Shown piece by piece: positions 1 through 9,984 of a stretch of 64,000 nucleotides of DNA. Within the stretch, counting starts at the first letter, position 1. Each line of letters begins with the position of its first letter. A program made the translations under genes and the position numbers. The DNA is from an uncultured Gammaproteobacteria bacterium (lineage in GTDB: Bacteria; Pseudomonadota; Gammaproteobacteria; UBA9214): the NCBI GenBank assembly GCA_963748215.1, contig CAVVHS010000007.1:64001-128000 (forward strand), written 5' to 3'. Under the pieces are notes generated by a model that saw only the letters and a list, made by a program, of their open reading frames with translations, was not told the DNA's origin and ran no database searches.

Positions 1-802
1 CAGTGCGCGTGGCCTGGGTAACTTCCAGTGCTTTACCACCACAGTGGCCAGCAACCCGGGTGGTAACCCGTCCTGTGCCTTCGGCGTGGCGGATTTGCCA
101 TCGCCTTACCTGACTGACAACAACAGCGACTGGTCCTACGGCGCCGGCGTGCGTGTGGGCTGGATCGGCGACATCACCCCGTCACTGACCCTGGGCGCCT
201 CGGCCGCCAGCAAGATCTATATGACGGAGTTCGACGATTACCGGGATCTGTTCGCCGAGCAGGGTGATCTGGATATCCCTGCCAATTTCGCGCTGAGTGC
301 CACCGTCAAGGCCACGCCGAAGCTGAACCTGTCATTCGATTTCCAGCGCATTCTCTACGAAGGCGTCGCTTCCATCTCCAACCCGGGACCGGTTGCCTCC
401 CCTGGCGGGCCGTTCTTCCCCGCTGGCAGCGGCCCGCTCGGTGCTGACAACGGCCTGGGTTTCGGCTGGGAAGACACGAATATCTATCGAATCGGTGCTG
501 AATACGCGTATGACAACGACTGGACCTTCCGCGCCGGTTTCGCCTATAACGATCAAACGATACCGGCAGACCAGGTACTGTTTAACATCCTGGCGCCGGC
601 TGTCATCCGCAAGCATGCCACCCTTGGCTTTACCTATAGTCCGGATTCCAGCAGTGAATGGAGCTTTGCCTACATGCATGCATTGAGTGAAACGACCCGG
701 ACAGCGGCGTCTCCATTCAGCATACCGGGTGTTGTGGATGTGCCGGCAGAAATCTCGATGTACCAGAACTCGGTCGATCTCAGCTATTCGCTGAAGTTCT
801 GA
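1..802 (+). CDS. OmpP1/FadL/TodX-family outer-membrane transporter, 5'-truncated by window edge
   Basis: Beta-barrel-like alternating residues, GFGWED..YRIGAEY and WTFRAGFAY segments, C-terminal Phe (YSLKF). Confidence 0.8.
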   Translation, partial: SARGLGNFQCFTTTVASNPGGNPSCAFGVADLPSPYLTDNNSDWSYGAGVRVGWIGDITPSLTLGASAASKIYMTEFDDYRDLFAEQGDLDIPANFALSATVKATPKLNLSFDFQRILYEGVASISNPGPVASPGGPFFPAGSGPLGADNGLGFGWEDTNIYRIGAEYAYDNDWTFRAGFAYNDQTIPADQVLFNILAPAVIRKHATLGFTYSPDSSSEWSFAYMHALSETTRTAASPFSIPGVVDVPAEISMYQNSVDLSYSLKF

Positions 803-827
803 TTGCAGCCACCGGGTGTTTACAACC

Positions 828-857
828 AAGGCCATCCTCCGGGATGGCCTTTTTTTT
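828..857 (+). terminator. Rho-independent terminator
   Basis: AAGGCCATCC-TCCG-GGATGGCCTT stem-loop followed by a T run, 25 nt after the stop codon. Confidence 0.9.
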
Positions 858-917
858 GTCGTGTTATCTCGTTGCTGACGACGCTAGCCAACCGGTGCGG
901 TTGCGGGTACGAGAGAG

Positions 918-1020
918 GTAGGGTGCGTTTTACGCACCGGCAATAGATGTAGTGACGGTGCACAAAGTGCACCCTACGCACGCATTGAGAATGCAGGGTG
1001 TAGGGTGCGTTTCACGCACC
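918..1020. repeat. Cluster of three GTAG-type REP palindromes
   Basis: GTAGGGTGCGTTTTACGCACC (918-938), inverted GGTGCACAAAGTGCACCCTAC (957-977), GTAGGGTGCGTTTCACGCACC (1000-1020); same family as in the 2066-3025 array. Confidence 0.85.
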
Positions 1021-1069
1021 GGTACCCTGACGGTCGTCATCCGGACCGTTTGCGGGCACAATAGTTCGC

Positions 1070-2053
1070 ATGAGCACGCTCTATTACGCTGCGGCCTGCC
1101 AGACCGATTTCGCTTGCCCGGCGACGCATGAGGAAATCGCCGAACGCACGGCGCACATGTGCCGGATGGCGGAGCAGACCATCATCGGTTACGAACCCTT
1201 TCACGATGTGCGCCTGCTGGCGTTTCCCGAGTTCGCGCATGCGGCACCGATCTACGACAGCGTGGCGAAACTGCGCGAGCGGCTGGCCGTGCCCGTGCCC
1301 AACGAACACACCGACCGTTACCACAAGCTATGCAGAAACTACGGCTGCTACATTCAGACCGGCACCTTCCTGGAGGCCGATCCCGCGTATCCCGATGCCG
1401 TGTTCAACACCACCGTGCTGGTGGGGCCGGGCGGCGTGCTGTCGAAATACCGCAAGGTGAACCCCTGGCTTCCCTGGGAACTGCACGCCAGCCCGCACGA
1501 CCTCGCCGACTACGCGGCGGAGCCGTTCCCCGTGGTGGACACGGAGCTGGGCCGGCTCGGCGTCGCCATCTGTTATGACTGGCTGTTTCCGGAGGCCATC
1601 CGCCAGATTGCATTCAACGGCGCGGAGGTCATTATCCGGGTGTCGGCCTACATGGACCCGTGGGGCGCGACGCCGCCCATGGACTGGTGGACACTGTTCA
1701 ATCGCGCGCGTGCCGCCGAGAACACGCTATACGTGGTGGCCGCCAACCAGGGCGCCAGCCTGGAACACTACCCGCCGTTCTCCTGGCCGGGCGGCAGCAT
1801 GGTCGTCGATTATGATGGTCGTATCCTGGCACAGACGGATGCCGGTCCCGGCGAGAAGGTGGTGCTGGCGCCCGTCGATATCGCGGCCTTGCGTCACGAG
1901 CGCGAGCGGCGGGTCGGGCATGATATGCGTGCGCACCTGCGCAGCGAGATGTATCCCTATCTGCAGCAACCGTACCTGGCGCCGGCCACTGCCCATCCGC
2001 TGACCGCCGAAGAGATCCGTATGCGGATCAAACAGGGCAAGCAGCGTACCTGA
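1070..2053 (+). CDS. Carbon-nitrogen hydrolase (nitrilase superfamily)
   Basis: Glu-Lys-Cys triad motifs FPEF, YRKV, ICYD; NRARAAEN and GGSMVVD segments. Confidence 0.9.
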   Translation: MSTLYYAAACQTDFACPATHEEIAERTAHMCRMAEQTIIGYEPFHDVRLLAFPEFAHAAPIYDSVAKLRERLAVPVPNEHTDRYHKLCRNYGCYIQTGTFLEADPAYPDAVFNTTVLVGPGGVLSKYRKVNPWLPWELHASPHDLADYAAEPFPVVDTELGRLGVAICYDWLFPEAIRQIAFNGAEVIIRVSAYMDPWGATPPMDWWTLFNRARAAENTLYVVAANQGASLEHYPPFSWPGGSMVVDYDGRILAQTDAGPGEKVVLAPVDIAALRHERERRVGHDMRAHLRSEMYPYLQQPYLAPATAHPLTAEEIRMRIKQGKQRT

Positions 2054-2065
2054 GAGTGTTTACTC

Positions 2066-3105
2066 AATGGCCACGGAAGCACACGGAAAAATCCAATAGG
2101 CAGGATGCGCCATAGGGTGAGACGTGAGCCGGCGTAGGGTGCACTTTGTGCACCATTCCCGGTGCGTAGAACGCACCCTACAACGAATGGCCACGGAAGC
2201 ACACGGAAGAATCCTTAGGCAGGATGCGCCATTGGGTGAGACGTGAGCCGGACGTAGGGTGCACTTTGTGCACCATTCCCGGTGCGTAGAACGCACCCTA
2301 CAACGAATGGCCACGGAAGCACACGGAAAAATCCAATAGGCAGGATGCGCCATAGGGTGAGACGTGAGCGGACGTAGGGTGCACTTTGTGCACCATTCCC
2401 GGTGCCTAGAACGCACCCTACAACGAATGGCCACGGAAGCACACGGAAAAATCCAATAGGCAGGATGCGCCATAGGGTGAGACGTGAGCCGGCGTAGGGT
2501 GCACTTTGTGCACCATTCCCGGTGCGTAGAACGCACCCTACAACGAATGGCCACGGAAGCACACGGAAGAATCCTTTAGGCAGGATGCGCCATAGGGTGA
2601 GACGTGAGCGGACGTAGGGTGCACTTTGTGCACCATTCCCGGTGCATAGAACGCACCCTACAACGAATGGCCACGGAAGCACACGGAAAAATCCAATAGG
2701 CAGGATGCGCCATAGGGTGAGACGTGAGCCGGCGTAGGGTGCACTTTGTGCACCATTCCCGGTGCGTAGAACGCACCCTACAACGAATGGCCACGGAAGC
2801 ACACGGAAGAATCCTTTAGGCAGGATGCGCCATAGGGTGAGACGTGAGCGGACGTAGGGTGCACTTTGTGCACCATTCCCGGTGCATAGAACGCACCCTA
2901 CAACGAATGGCCACGGAAGCACACGGAAAAATCCAATAGGCAGGATGCGCCATAGGGTGAGACGTGAGCCGGCGTAGGGTGCACTTTGTGCACCATTCCC
3001 GGTGCGTAGAACGCACCCTACAATAAATGGCCACGGAATCCACGGAAGCACACGGAATTACACGGAAAAAACTATTGGGATAATTCCGTGTGCTTCCGTG
3101 GCCAT
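2066..3105. repeat. Tandem array of eight 120-bp units, each with an inverted REP doublet (BIME/REPIN-like), closed by an inverted copy of the unit start
   Basis: Units start at 2066, 2186 ... 2906; each holds GTAGGGTGCACTTTGTGCACC-attccc-GGTGCGTAGAACGCACCCTAC; the ATGGCCACGGAAGCACACGGA start is inverted at 3085-3105. Confidence 0.95.
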
Positions 3106-3142
3106 GCAATAGAAAGCCCTGGCATTCGAAATGTCCGGATCG

Positions 3143-3925
3143 CTAGGGCCGGCAGTTCGGATTCCTGCCCTGCTGTTTCGCGCGCTGCTGCAGTTGCTGT
3201 GCGGCCGGTATGCGACGGGTGAGGTCACTGATGCGGGTACTGTGCGACGGGTGGGTCGACAGGAACTCCGGGGGCTGCCCCTTGTTGGCGCGACTCATGT
3301 TGATCCAGAGCTGGGTGCTCTCGCGCGGGTCGAAGCCGGCCTTCGCCATCAGGTCCAGCCCGAGCATGTCAGCCTCGCTTTCCTGCAGCCGGCTATAGGG
3401 CAGCAGCACGCCGTATTGCGCGCCGACACCCAGCAGACCCATCAGCGTCTGGCCGGTGCCGCTGGTCGGGTTGGCAACGGCGTTGATCAGGCCGATGCCC
3501 TGTTCGACGGCAAATTTCTGCGACACGCGCTCGTTGGAATGCCGTGCCTGAACATGGGCCACCTCGTGACCGATCACGGTCGCCAACTGGTGCTGGTTGG
3601 TGGCGATCTTGAGCAGGCCGGTATTGACGCCGATCTTGCCGCCCGGCAGGGCAAAGGCGTTGGCGCTGTCATCCTCGAATACGACGACTTCCCAGCTGCC
3701 GCCGACCTCGCGGGTGATGGCATTGGCCACGCATTGAACGAACTTGTTGGCCTTGCGGTCTTTCGATGCCGGCGTCTCGCCCTTGATGCTGGTGAAGGCC
3801 TGCAGCCCCATCTGGTCCATCTGGCTGTCCGGCATCAGTACCAGCTGGTTTCTGCCAGTGGGAGAGGTTGTGCAGGCGCCGAGCGCCAGCAGGGCGGTTA
3901 ACAGTAATGTGAAACGTTTAAACAT
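3143..3925 (-). CDS. M48-family zinc metallopeptidase lipoprotein (LoiP/YggG-like)
   Basis: Lipobox LGAC, NAFALPGG, HEVAH zinc motif, ESEAD, FLSTHP; GGAGG RBS upstream of ATG 3925. Confidence 0.9.
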   Translation of the reverse strand: MFKRFTLLLTALLALGACTTSPTGRNQLVLMPDSQMDQMGLQAFTSIKGETPASKDRKANKFVQCVANAITREVGGSWEVVVFEDDSANAFALPGGKIGVNTGLLKIATNQHQLATVIGHEVAHVQARHSNERVSQKFAVEQGIGLINAVANPTSGTGQTLMGLLGVGAQYGVLLPYSRLQESEADMLGLDLMAKAGFDPRESTQLWINMSRANKGQPPEFLSTHPSHSTRISDLTRRIPAAQQLQQRAKQQGRNPNCRP

Positions 3926-4053
3926 ACGGTGGCCTCCGGGTGTGCCTGCCCGCATTATAAACCGCTTTGCCACCCGGCAGCACCGGCCCCCACCAATAAC
4001 CCGCCTGTTGCGCCAGCATCCGGCATGCCGGCGCCAACAGGGGTAACAGGCGA

Positions 4054-4971
4054 CTACGGGACCGGTGTGCGCCTGACGAGCAGTTCCCGCAGCCGGGCCT
4101 TCCAGCCGTTCATGCGCTGGCCGTACTCGAACAGCAGCAGGCCGGTCAGGATGGTAGCGGTCCCGCCCCAGGCTTCCGCGTGGATGTCCTCGCCGTTCAG
4201 CAGCTTGCCGAGCAGCAGCGCGATCACCGGTGTCAGCAGCGTGATCAGGGCGACGCGGGTAGCCTCGACATGGCGCAGCACATAATAGTACAGGGCGAAG
4301 CCGAGCACCGAGCCGACCATGCCGAGGTAGGCAATCGACACGGCGACACGCGGCGGTACGTGCGACGGCAGCGGTTCGCCGGTCAGGACGTATACCGCGA
4401 GCAGCAAGGGCACGGTGACGGCCAGTCCACCCACGGTGGTTGCCAGCGCAGGGATATCGGCGCCGATGCGCTTGATGGCAATGGCACTGGCCGAGTAGGC
4501 CGTCACGGACAGCAGCAGGCCCGCGATCCCGAGTGCCGCTCCGGGACCGAGCGACCGCGTGCCGATCAGCATGATCGCCAGGCCGGCGATTCCCATCAGC
4601 AGGCCCGTGATGCGTGCCGGTGACAGGGCGGTTTCCTGCAACCAGAAATGCGCCATAACGCCGGTGATCATCGGGGCGATGCCGAACAGCACCGAGATCC
4701 AGCCGGACGGAATGTAGCGCGCGGACCAGTACACCAGCGTCATCGCGCAGAACAGACCCAGGCCGGCAGCCAGGTAGGTACGTCGTGCCGCGCTATGCCA
4801 GGGCAGGCTGATCCTGAACAGCAGCACAGCGACCAGGCCGGTCAGCACGCCGATGCACATGCGTGTGGTGATTCCGAACAGCCAGCCGACTTCGTCGCCG
4901 CTCCACTGGATAGCCAGTGGCGTGGTCGACCAGATCAGTATCACTCCGATGTATGCCGCCGGGATGGACAC
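4054..4971 (-). CDS. DMT/EamA-family transporter
   Basis: About ten hydrophobic helices in two EamA repeats; IWSTT start motif. Confidence 0.88.
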   Translation of the reverse strand: MSIPAAYIGVILIWSTTPLAIQWSGDEVGWLFGITTRMCIGVLTGLVAVLLFRISLPWHSAARRTYLAAGLGLFCAMTLVYWSARYIPSGWISVLFGIAPMITGVMAHFWLQETALSPARITGLLMGIAGLAIMLIGTRSLGPGAALGIAGLLLSVTAYSASAIAIKRIGADIPALATTVGGLAVTVPLLLAVYVLTGEPLPSHVPPRVAVSIAYLGMVGSVLGFALYYYVLRHVEATRVALITLLTPVIALLLGKLLNGEDIHAEAWGGTATILTGLLLFEYGQRMNGWKARLRELLVRRTPVP

Positions 4972-4998
4972 GACAATCTCCTTGAGGTTCTGGTTATG

Positions 4999-5038
4999 AA
5001 AAACGAAAAAGGCCGCAGGGTTTGCACCGTGCGGCCTT
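4999..5038 (-). terminator. Terminator hairpin in the 5' leader of the EamA gene (possible attenuator)
   Basis: Minus strand reads AAGGCCGCA-loop-TGCGGCCTTTTTCGTTTTT, ending about 28 nt before the EamA start. Confidence 0.75.
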
Positions 5039-5064
5039 CGGGATTCGCTGGTTTGATCAGTCTG

Positions 5065-5169
5065 CTACTGTATCGCAACCCCCGTCTCGCCACACCCGCG
5101 CACGGCCACCCGCCACGCCGGCAGTCGGCGGGCACGGATTGTGACGGGATGCATGTGACAGTGGTTCAT
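5065..5169 (-). CDS. Putative 34-aa leader peptide MNHCHMHPVTIRARRLPAWRVAVRGCGETGVAIQ
   Basis: Short ORF ending about 26 nt before the terminator stem; no strong RBS visible. Confidence 0.35.
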   Translation of the reverse strand: MNHCHMHPVTIRARRLPAWRVAVRGCGETGVAIQ

Positions 5170-5221
5170 GGGTTCGAGTCTTTCAGACGGGCCTGCGCGT
5201 GTCAAGCGCTGCAAGGAAAAG

Positions 5222-5980
5222 TCATTTCGGTTGCTTGACGAGCACGCGGAGTTTTTCGATATCGCGGCTCCGGAACGAGAAAGAAAAATTGCCGCTCCGG
5301 TTGCGCTGGGCAAATTGCAGCCTGCTCTTGGTGGCACCGGTCAGGCGGTATTCCTTTTCGACGACGTTCTTGCGCGTTACCTTGACGGTCGCGCCGATGT
5401 ATTTGTGTGCCTCCGATACATCGATCGGGATGTAGGTCACGCGATAGCCCGTGTTCTGCGACTTCACCTTCTTGCGCATGTCGTGGTAGGGGACCTCTTC
5501 GACCTCTTCGGCCTCGGCGGCTTCCGCGTCTTCGGCTTGCCTCATGGCTTCCAGTGCCTCCCTGACCAGCTGCTCGCGGGCAAATTCCGCCGCGGGTATG
5601 TTGCGTATATCGAGCCCGGACTTTTGCGCGAAGGCCAGGTTGGCCTTGAGGAAGTTGCTGGCATCGCGGCTGGCCAGCTTGTCGGACTGCATGCCCTGCT
5701 GGACGCGCACGCCGGTACGCAACAGTTCCCAGCCGCCCCAGGCATTGAACATGTACAGGGTCAGGCCCAGGGTCACGAGGAACGCGACGGCGTAGACCGT
5801 CAGCGGTTTCTTTACGTCTTTCCAGTACCGGCGGCCAAAGACGGCAGCGCCGAGCGGTGAAAACAGCAGGACGGCAAGGCCCCACCCGGCATGCCTGTGA
5901 AAGGCACGCATGGCGAGCCAGCACAGAGCAATCAGGGTGATGACGGCGGATACCTGGGCTGTTACATCGATTAAATTCAT
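5222..5980 (-). CDS. Hypothetical membrane protein
   Basis: 252-aa ORF with about three N-terminal hydrophobic segments and a soluble C-terminal domain. Confidence 0.7.
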   Translation of the reverse strand: MNLIDVTAQVSAVITLIALCWLAMRAFHRHAGWGLAVLLFSPLGAAVFGRRYWKDVKKPLTVYAVAFLVTLGLTLYMFNAWGGWELLRTGVRVQQGMQSDKLASRDASNFLKANLAFAQKSGLDIRNIPAAEFAREQLVREALEAMRQAEDAEAAEAEEVEEVPYHDMRKKVKSQNTGYRVTYIPIDVSEAHKYIGATVKVTRKNVVEKEYRLTGATKSRLQFAQRNRSGNFSFSFRSRDIEKLRVLVKQPK

Positions 5981-6186
5981 TTACTCAGACCAGCCGGATT
6001 TCGGGGACGGACATTCATCTACAGTGTTCGACAGACCCGGGAACAAGCTTTAGACGTTGATGGAGTTGGCTTATTACACCTGCCCCGGATAGTGACAAGT
6101 GTGACGCGCGTCACAAAACGGGTCCGGGCACCTGCGAAGGGGCGACAGCCGGACTGGCAGGCGGGATGCCTCGTCTGCCAGGTCTG

Positions 6187-6405
6187 TCAGTAGTGGGGGG
6201 GTGGCGGTTCCGCTTCCGGGGTCGCCGGGTAGCCTGCAGCCAGACCCCTGAGCTGTTCCTCGATGCGCTTGATCGTTTCCGCCTGGGTCCGTGTCAGTTG
6301 TTCCTGCCGGAGCAGGGAGCGGGTCATTTCATCGAGTGCTGCCTCGAGATGCATCAGGCGCATCTCGAGCGACTCCATGCGTTGCTCGAGTTCAGGCATA
6401 GACAT
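6187..6405 (-). CDS. slyX: SlyX-family protein
   Basis: Short coiled coil ending in the typical EPPPPHY. Confidence 0.88.
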   Translation of the reverse strand: MSMPELEQRMESLEMRLMHLEAALDEMTRSLLRQEQLTRTQAETIKRIEEQLRGLAAGYPATPEAEPPPPHY

Positions 6406-6449
6406 GGCAGCAATCGCCTGGGCGCAGTGGTGTGCGGTTCATGCCGGCA

Positions 6450-7631
<1,182 letters not shown>

Positions 7632-7759
7632 GCGTTCATCCTGCAAGCGGTTTCAACAGATAGCGGATGATACCTAACCTGGCTGCGAGAAGCACAGTAG
7701 CCGCCAGCGCGGTCATGCCGCGCCGGTGTGGAACTCTCCCTCGGGTGAGGCTGTCGCCG

Positions 7760-8422
7760 TCAGGCGGCGAGTGGTACTGCGACCTCGCGCAGGATTTCAT
7801 CCTTGCGCGCCAGAACGGCAGTGCGCAATCCCTCGAAGTCAGCGCCTACGGCCTCGAACAGGGCCTGCACGTCGATACCCGTCGCGAAGAAGGTGTGCGT
7901 CAGATCGGCAATGCGCTGAGGAATCCTGTCGAGGCAGGCCTGTCGCGCTGCAGGCTGCATGCGTGCCAGTTCCTCGCGCAGGCGATTGATACCGAAGGCA
8001 ATGTGGTTGAGCTCGTCCGCCAGCGGGATATGCAGGGATTCCTGTGTACCCGGGTCCGCCAGCGGCACGATCTGCTCGACGGCATCGCTGCCGAGTGCTT
8101 CCACGCACAGGTACATGTCAATGAGAAAATCGAGCCAGCCCAGCGCACGGAAGTGCGCGAGAATGGCCGCTTCCTGTGCCGCCGTTAGTAGCGGTGTACT
8201 ATCCCCGCCGAACTGCGCCATCCACTCCTGCTGGATGACGACATGCCGGGATTCGTCGCCGACCTGCCGTGCGAGACCCAGCCGCGCGGCATCATCAGGT
8301 GCATGGCCGATGCGCTCGGCACAGGCCAGCATGATCAGTTTGTCCACCTGTGTATACAACACCAGCAACTGTCCCATGGCGGAACGGTAGTCGGGTCGGG
8401 TCGGGGAATGGATCTGCTTCAT
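7760..8422 (-). CDS. Ferritin-like (di-iron carboxylate) protein
   Basis: Two ExxH motifs (DESRH, DELNH) with an intervening VEAL; GGAGG RBS before ATG 8422. Confidence 0.72.
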   Translation of the reverse strand: MKQIHSPTRPDYRSAMGQLLVLYTQVDKLIMLACAERIGHAPDDAARLGLARQVGDESRHVVIQQEWMAQFGGDSTPLLTAAQEAAILAHFRALGWLDFLIDMYLCVEALGSDAVEQIVPLADPGTQESLHIPLADELNHIAFGINRLREELARMQPAARQACLDRIPQRIADLTHTFFATGIDVQALFEAVGADFEGLRTAVLARKDEILREVAVPLAA

Positions 8423-8505
8423 GGTGGTTTCCTCCAGCAGTGGCTGATAGTTGTATGTGCGCAGGAATGCGCGAACGATGGATCCTGCCGGTGTGTCAAT
8501 TGGAT

Positions 8506-8615
8506 GCAGGAGCGCTTCGCACGGCCGTTCCCGCACATGGCCCGGGCCAGCCTCTCGACCCGGGCTATGTCCGTAAAAACAGTCTCACCTGTTCCCTGCA
8601 CATCGCGCGAGGTTT
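8506..8615. repeat. REP-like host element carrying a 55-nt mini-insert (8539-8593)
   Basis: Flanks match the reverse complement of 29247-29291; the insert is near-identical to 37429-37481. Confidence 0.75.
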
Positions 8616-8744
8616 TTCTCGAAAATATCGCGGACATCGTTCGCTCCTGCAGGTCGGGTTAATGGACGGGCAGATTGTCGGAGTGACAAAATCGAGTATA
8701 GACACGTTCCTCTGGTTTGCCAGAATGGTTTGCAGGTGACGGAA

Positions 8745-9386
8745 ATGAGCGTACAGGCATTCACATTACGGTTTTTCCTGTTGGCAGCACTCTGGCTCTG
8801 TACAGGGGTGGGGGCCATTGCCGCAGCCGACTGCCAGCCGTGGCGCCAGATTCGGGATACGGCCGAGGGGATGGTTTACCACCGCTGCCGGCCGGGCTCG
8901 CCCGTGGACGAGGTCATGATAGAGACGCACTTCAGTGCCACGCCGGAACGCCTGTATGCCCTGGTGAATAACTACGCGGCATTCGCAGGCTTCATACCGG
9001 GTGTGGCCGAGAGCCGGGTGCTGGAGGTTGCCGGCGCGGTCCAGTGGGTCTTTCACCGCCTGCATTTCCCCGGGCCGGTGGCCGATCGCGTCTATGTGAT
9101 GCAAAGCCGGGGCGATATATCGGGGACGCCGCCCGCTGCCTGGCGGGTCGAATGGGCGCTGACGGAGCGTGATTTTCCACAGGTTGATCTCTCTGCGGGC
9201 ATCCGGCCGGACAGCCTGTCCGGATTCTGGGAGATCGAGTCTGTTGATGACGCAGGTATGACCAAAGCGCGGTATGCTGTACACACTGACCCGGGCGGGC
9301 AGCTGCCGGCCTGGCTGGTGATGCGCATGACGGACCGCTACGTGCAGCGGGTGGTTGCCGCCATTCGCGGCCGACTGGAGAACTAG
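8745..9386 (+). CDS. Exported START/SRPBCC-domain protein
   Basis: Signal peptide; HFPGPVADR, GFWEIE and DPGGQLPAWL motifs typical of bacterial START domains. Confidence 0.78.
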   Translation: MSVQAFTLRFFLLAALWLCTGVGAIAAADCQPWRQIRDTAEGMVYHRCRPGSPVDEVMIETHFSATPERLYALVNNYAAFAGFIPGVAESRVLEVAGAVQWVFHRLHFPGPVADRVYVMQSRGDISGTPPAAWRVEWALTERDFPQVDLSAGIRPDSLSGFWEIESVDDAGMTKARYAVHTDPGGQLPAWLVMRMTDRYVQRVVAAIRGRLEN

Positions 9387-9387
9387 C

Positions 9388-9984
9388 GTGGCAGTGTGTT
9401 TACGACACTACAGTCTGTTGCTGGCCGGGCTGCTGCTTGCAGCGGCCGCCGCTGCCGATGTGCGCCACACGGTCAACGAAGACAACGGGCTGCGCGGCTG
9501 GGATTTTACCGCGGGTGATATCCAGATCGAGCTGATCCAGCGCCTGCCGGACCAGACCCGCGCGCTGTTCATGAACCACGAGTTCTCGCGCGAGGTCATC
9601 GAGCAGCTGGCCTTGAGCTGTATGTTCCAGACTATCATCCGCAACACCGGAAGCTCGGGCAGCGGCAAGCCGGTAGCCATCGATCTCACCCGCTGGCGCA
9701 TGCACCATGCGGGGAATACGGCCGGTATCCTGCTCAAGGAACCGCTGCTGGCGTCATGGAGCGATGCGGACGCCAGTGCGGCCGCGAAGCTGGTCGTACG
9801 CTGGGGCATGTTTCCGACACAGCAGGAATACTTGCCGAGTGACTACAACTGGGGGCTGATGGCGTTCGGGATACCGCCGGGTTCAAGATTCGATCTCGAT
9901 GTGACCTGGAACGAAGGCGGCGTGCCGCATGCCGCGACCATCGAGGGCATCGAGTGCGCGCCCGATGTCGACAAGCTGAAATGA
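9388..9984 (+). CDS. Exported hypothetical protein
   Basis: Signal-peptide-like N-terminus; sits 1 nt after the START gene and overlaps the next gene; start codon uncertain. Confidence 0.65.
   Translation: MAVCLRHYSLLLAGLLLAAAAAADVRHTVNEDNGLRGWDFTAGDIQIELIQRLPDQTRALFMNHEFSREVIEQLALSCMFQTIIRNTGSSGSGKPVAIDLTRWRMHHAGNTAGILLKEPLLASWSDADASAAAKLVVRWGMFPTQQEYLPSDYNWGLMAFGIPPGSRFDLDVTWNEGGVPHAATIEGIECAPDVDKLK

Noticed and set aside
2066-3025. CRISPR array
   Set aside because: Whole 120-bp units repeat with no unique spacers, and no cas genes are present.
2060-3109. Repetitive minus-strand ORFs (up to 278 aa) as repeat proteins or RiPP precursors
   Set aside because: They arise because the 120-bp unit is a multiple of 3; no RBS or signal peptide, and they overlie REP palindromes.
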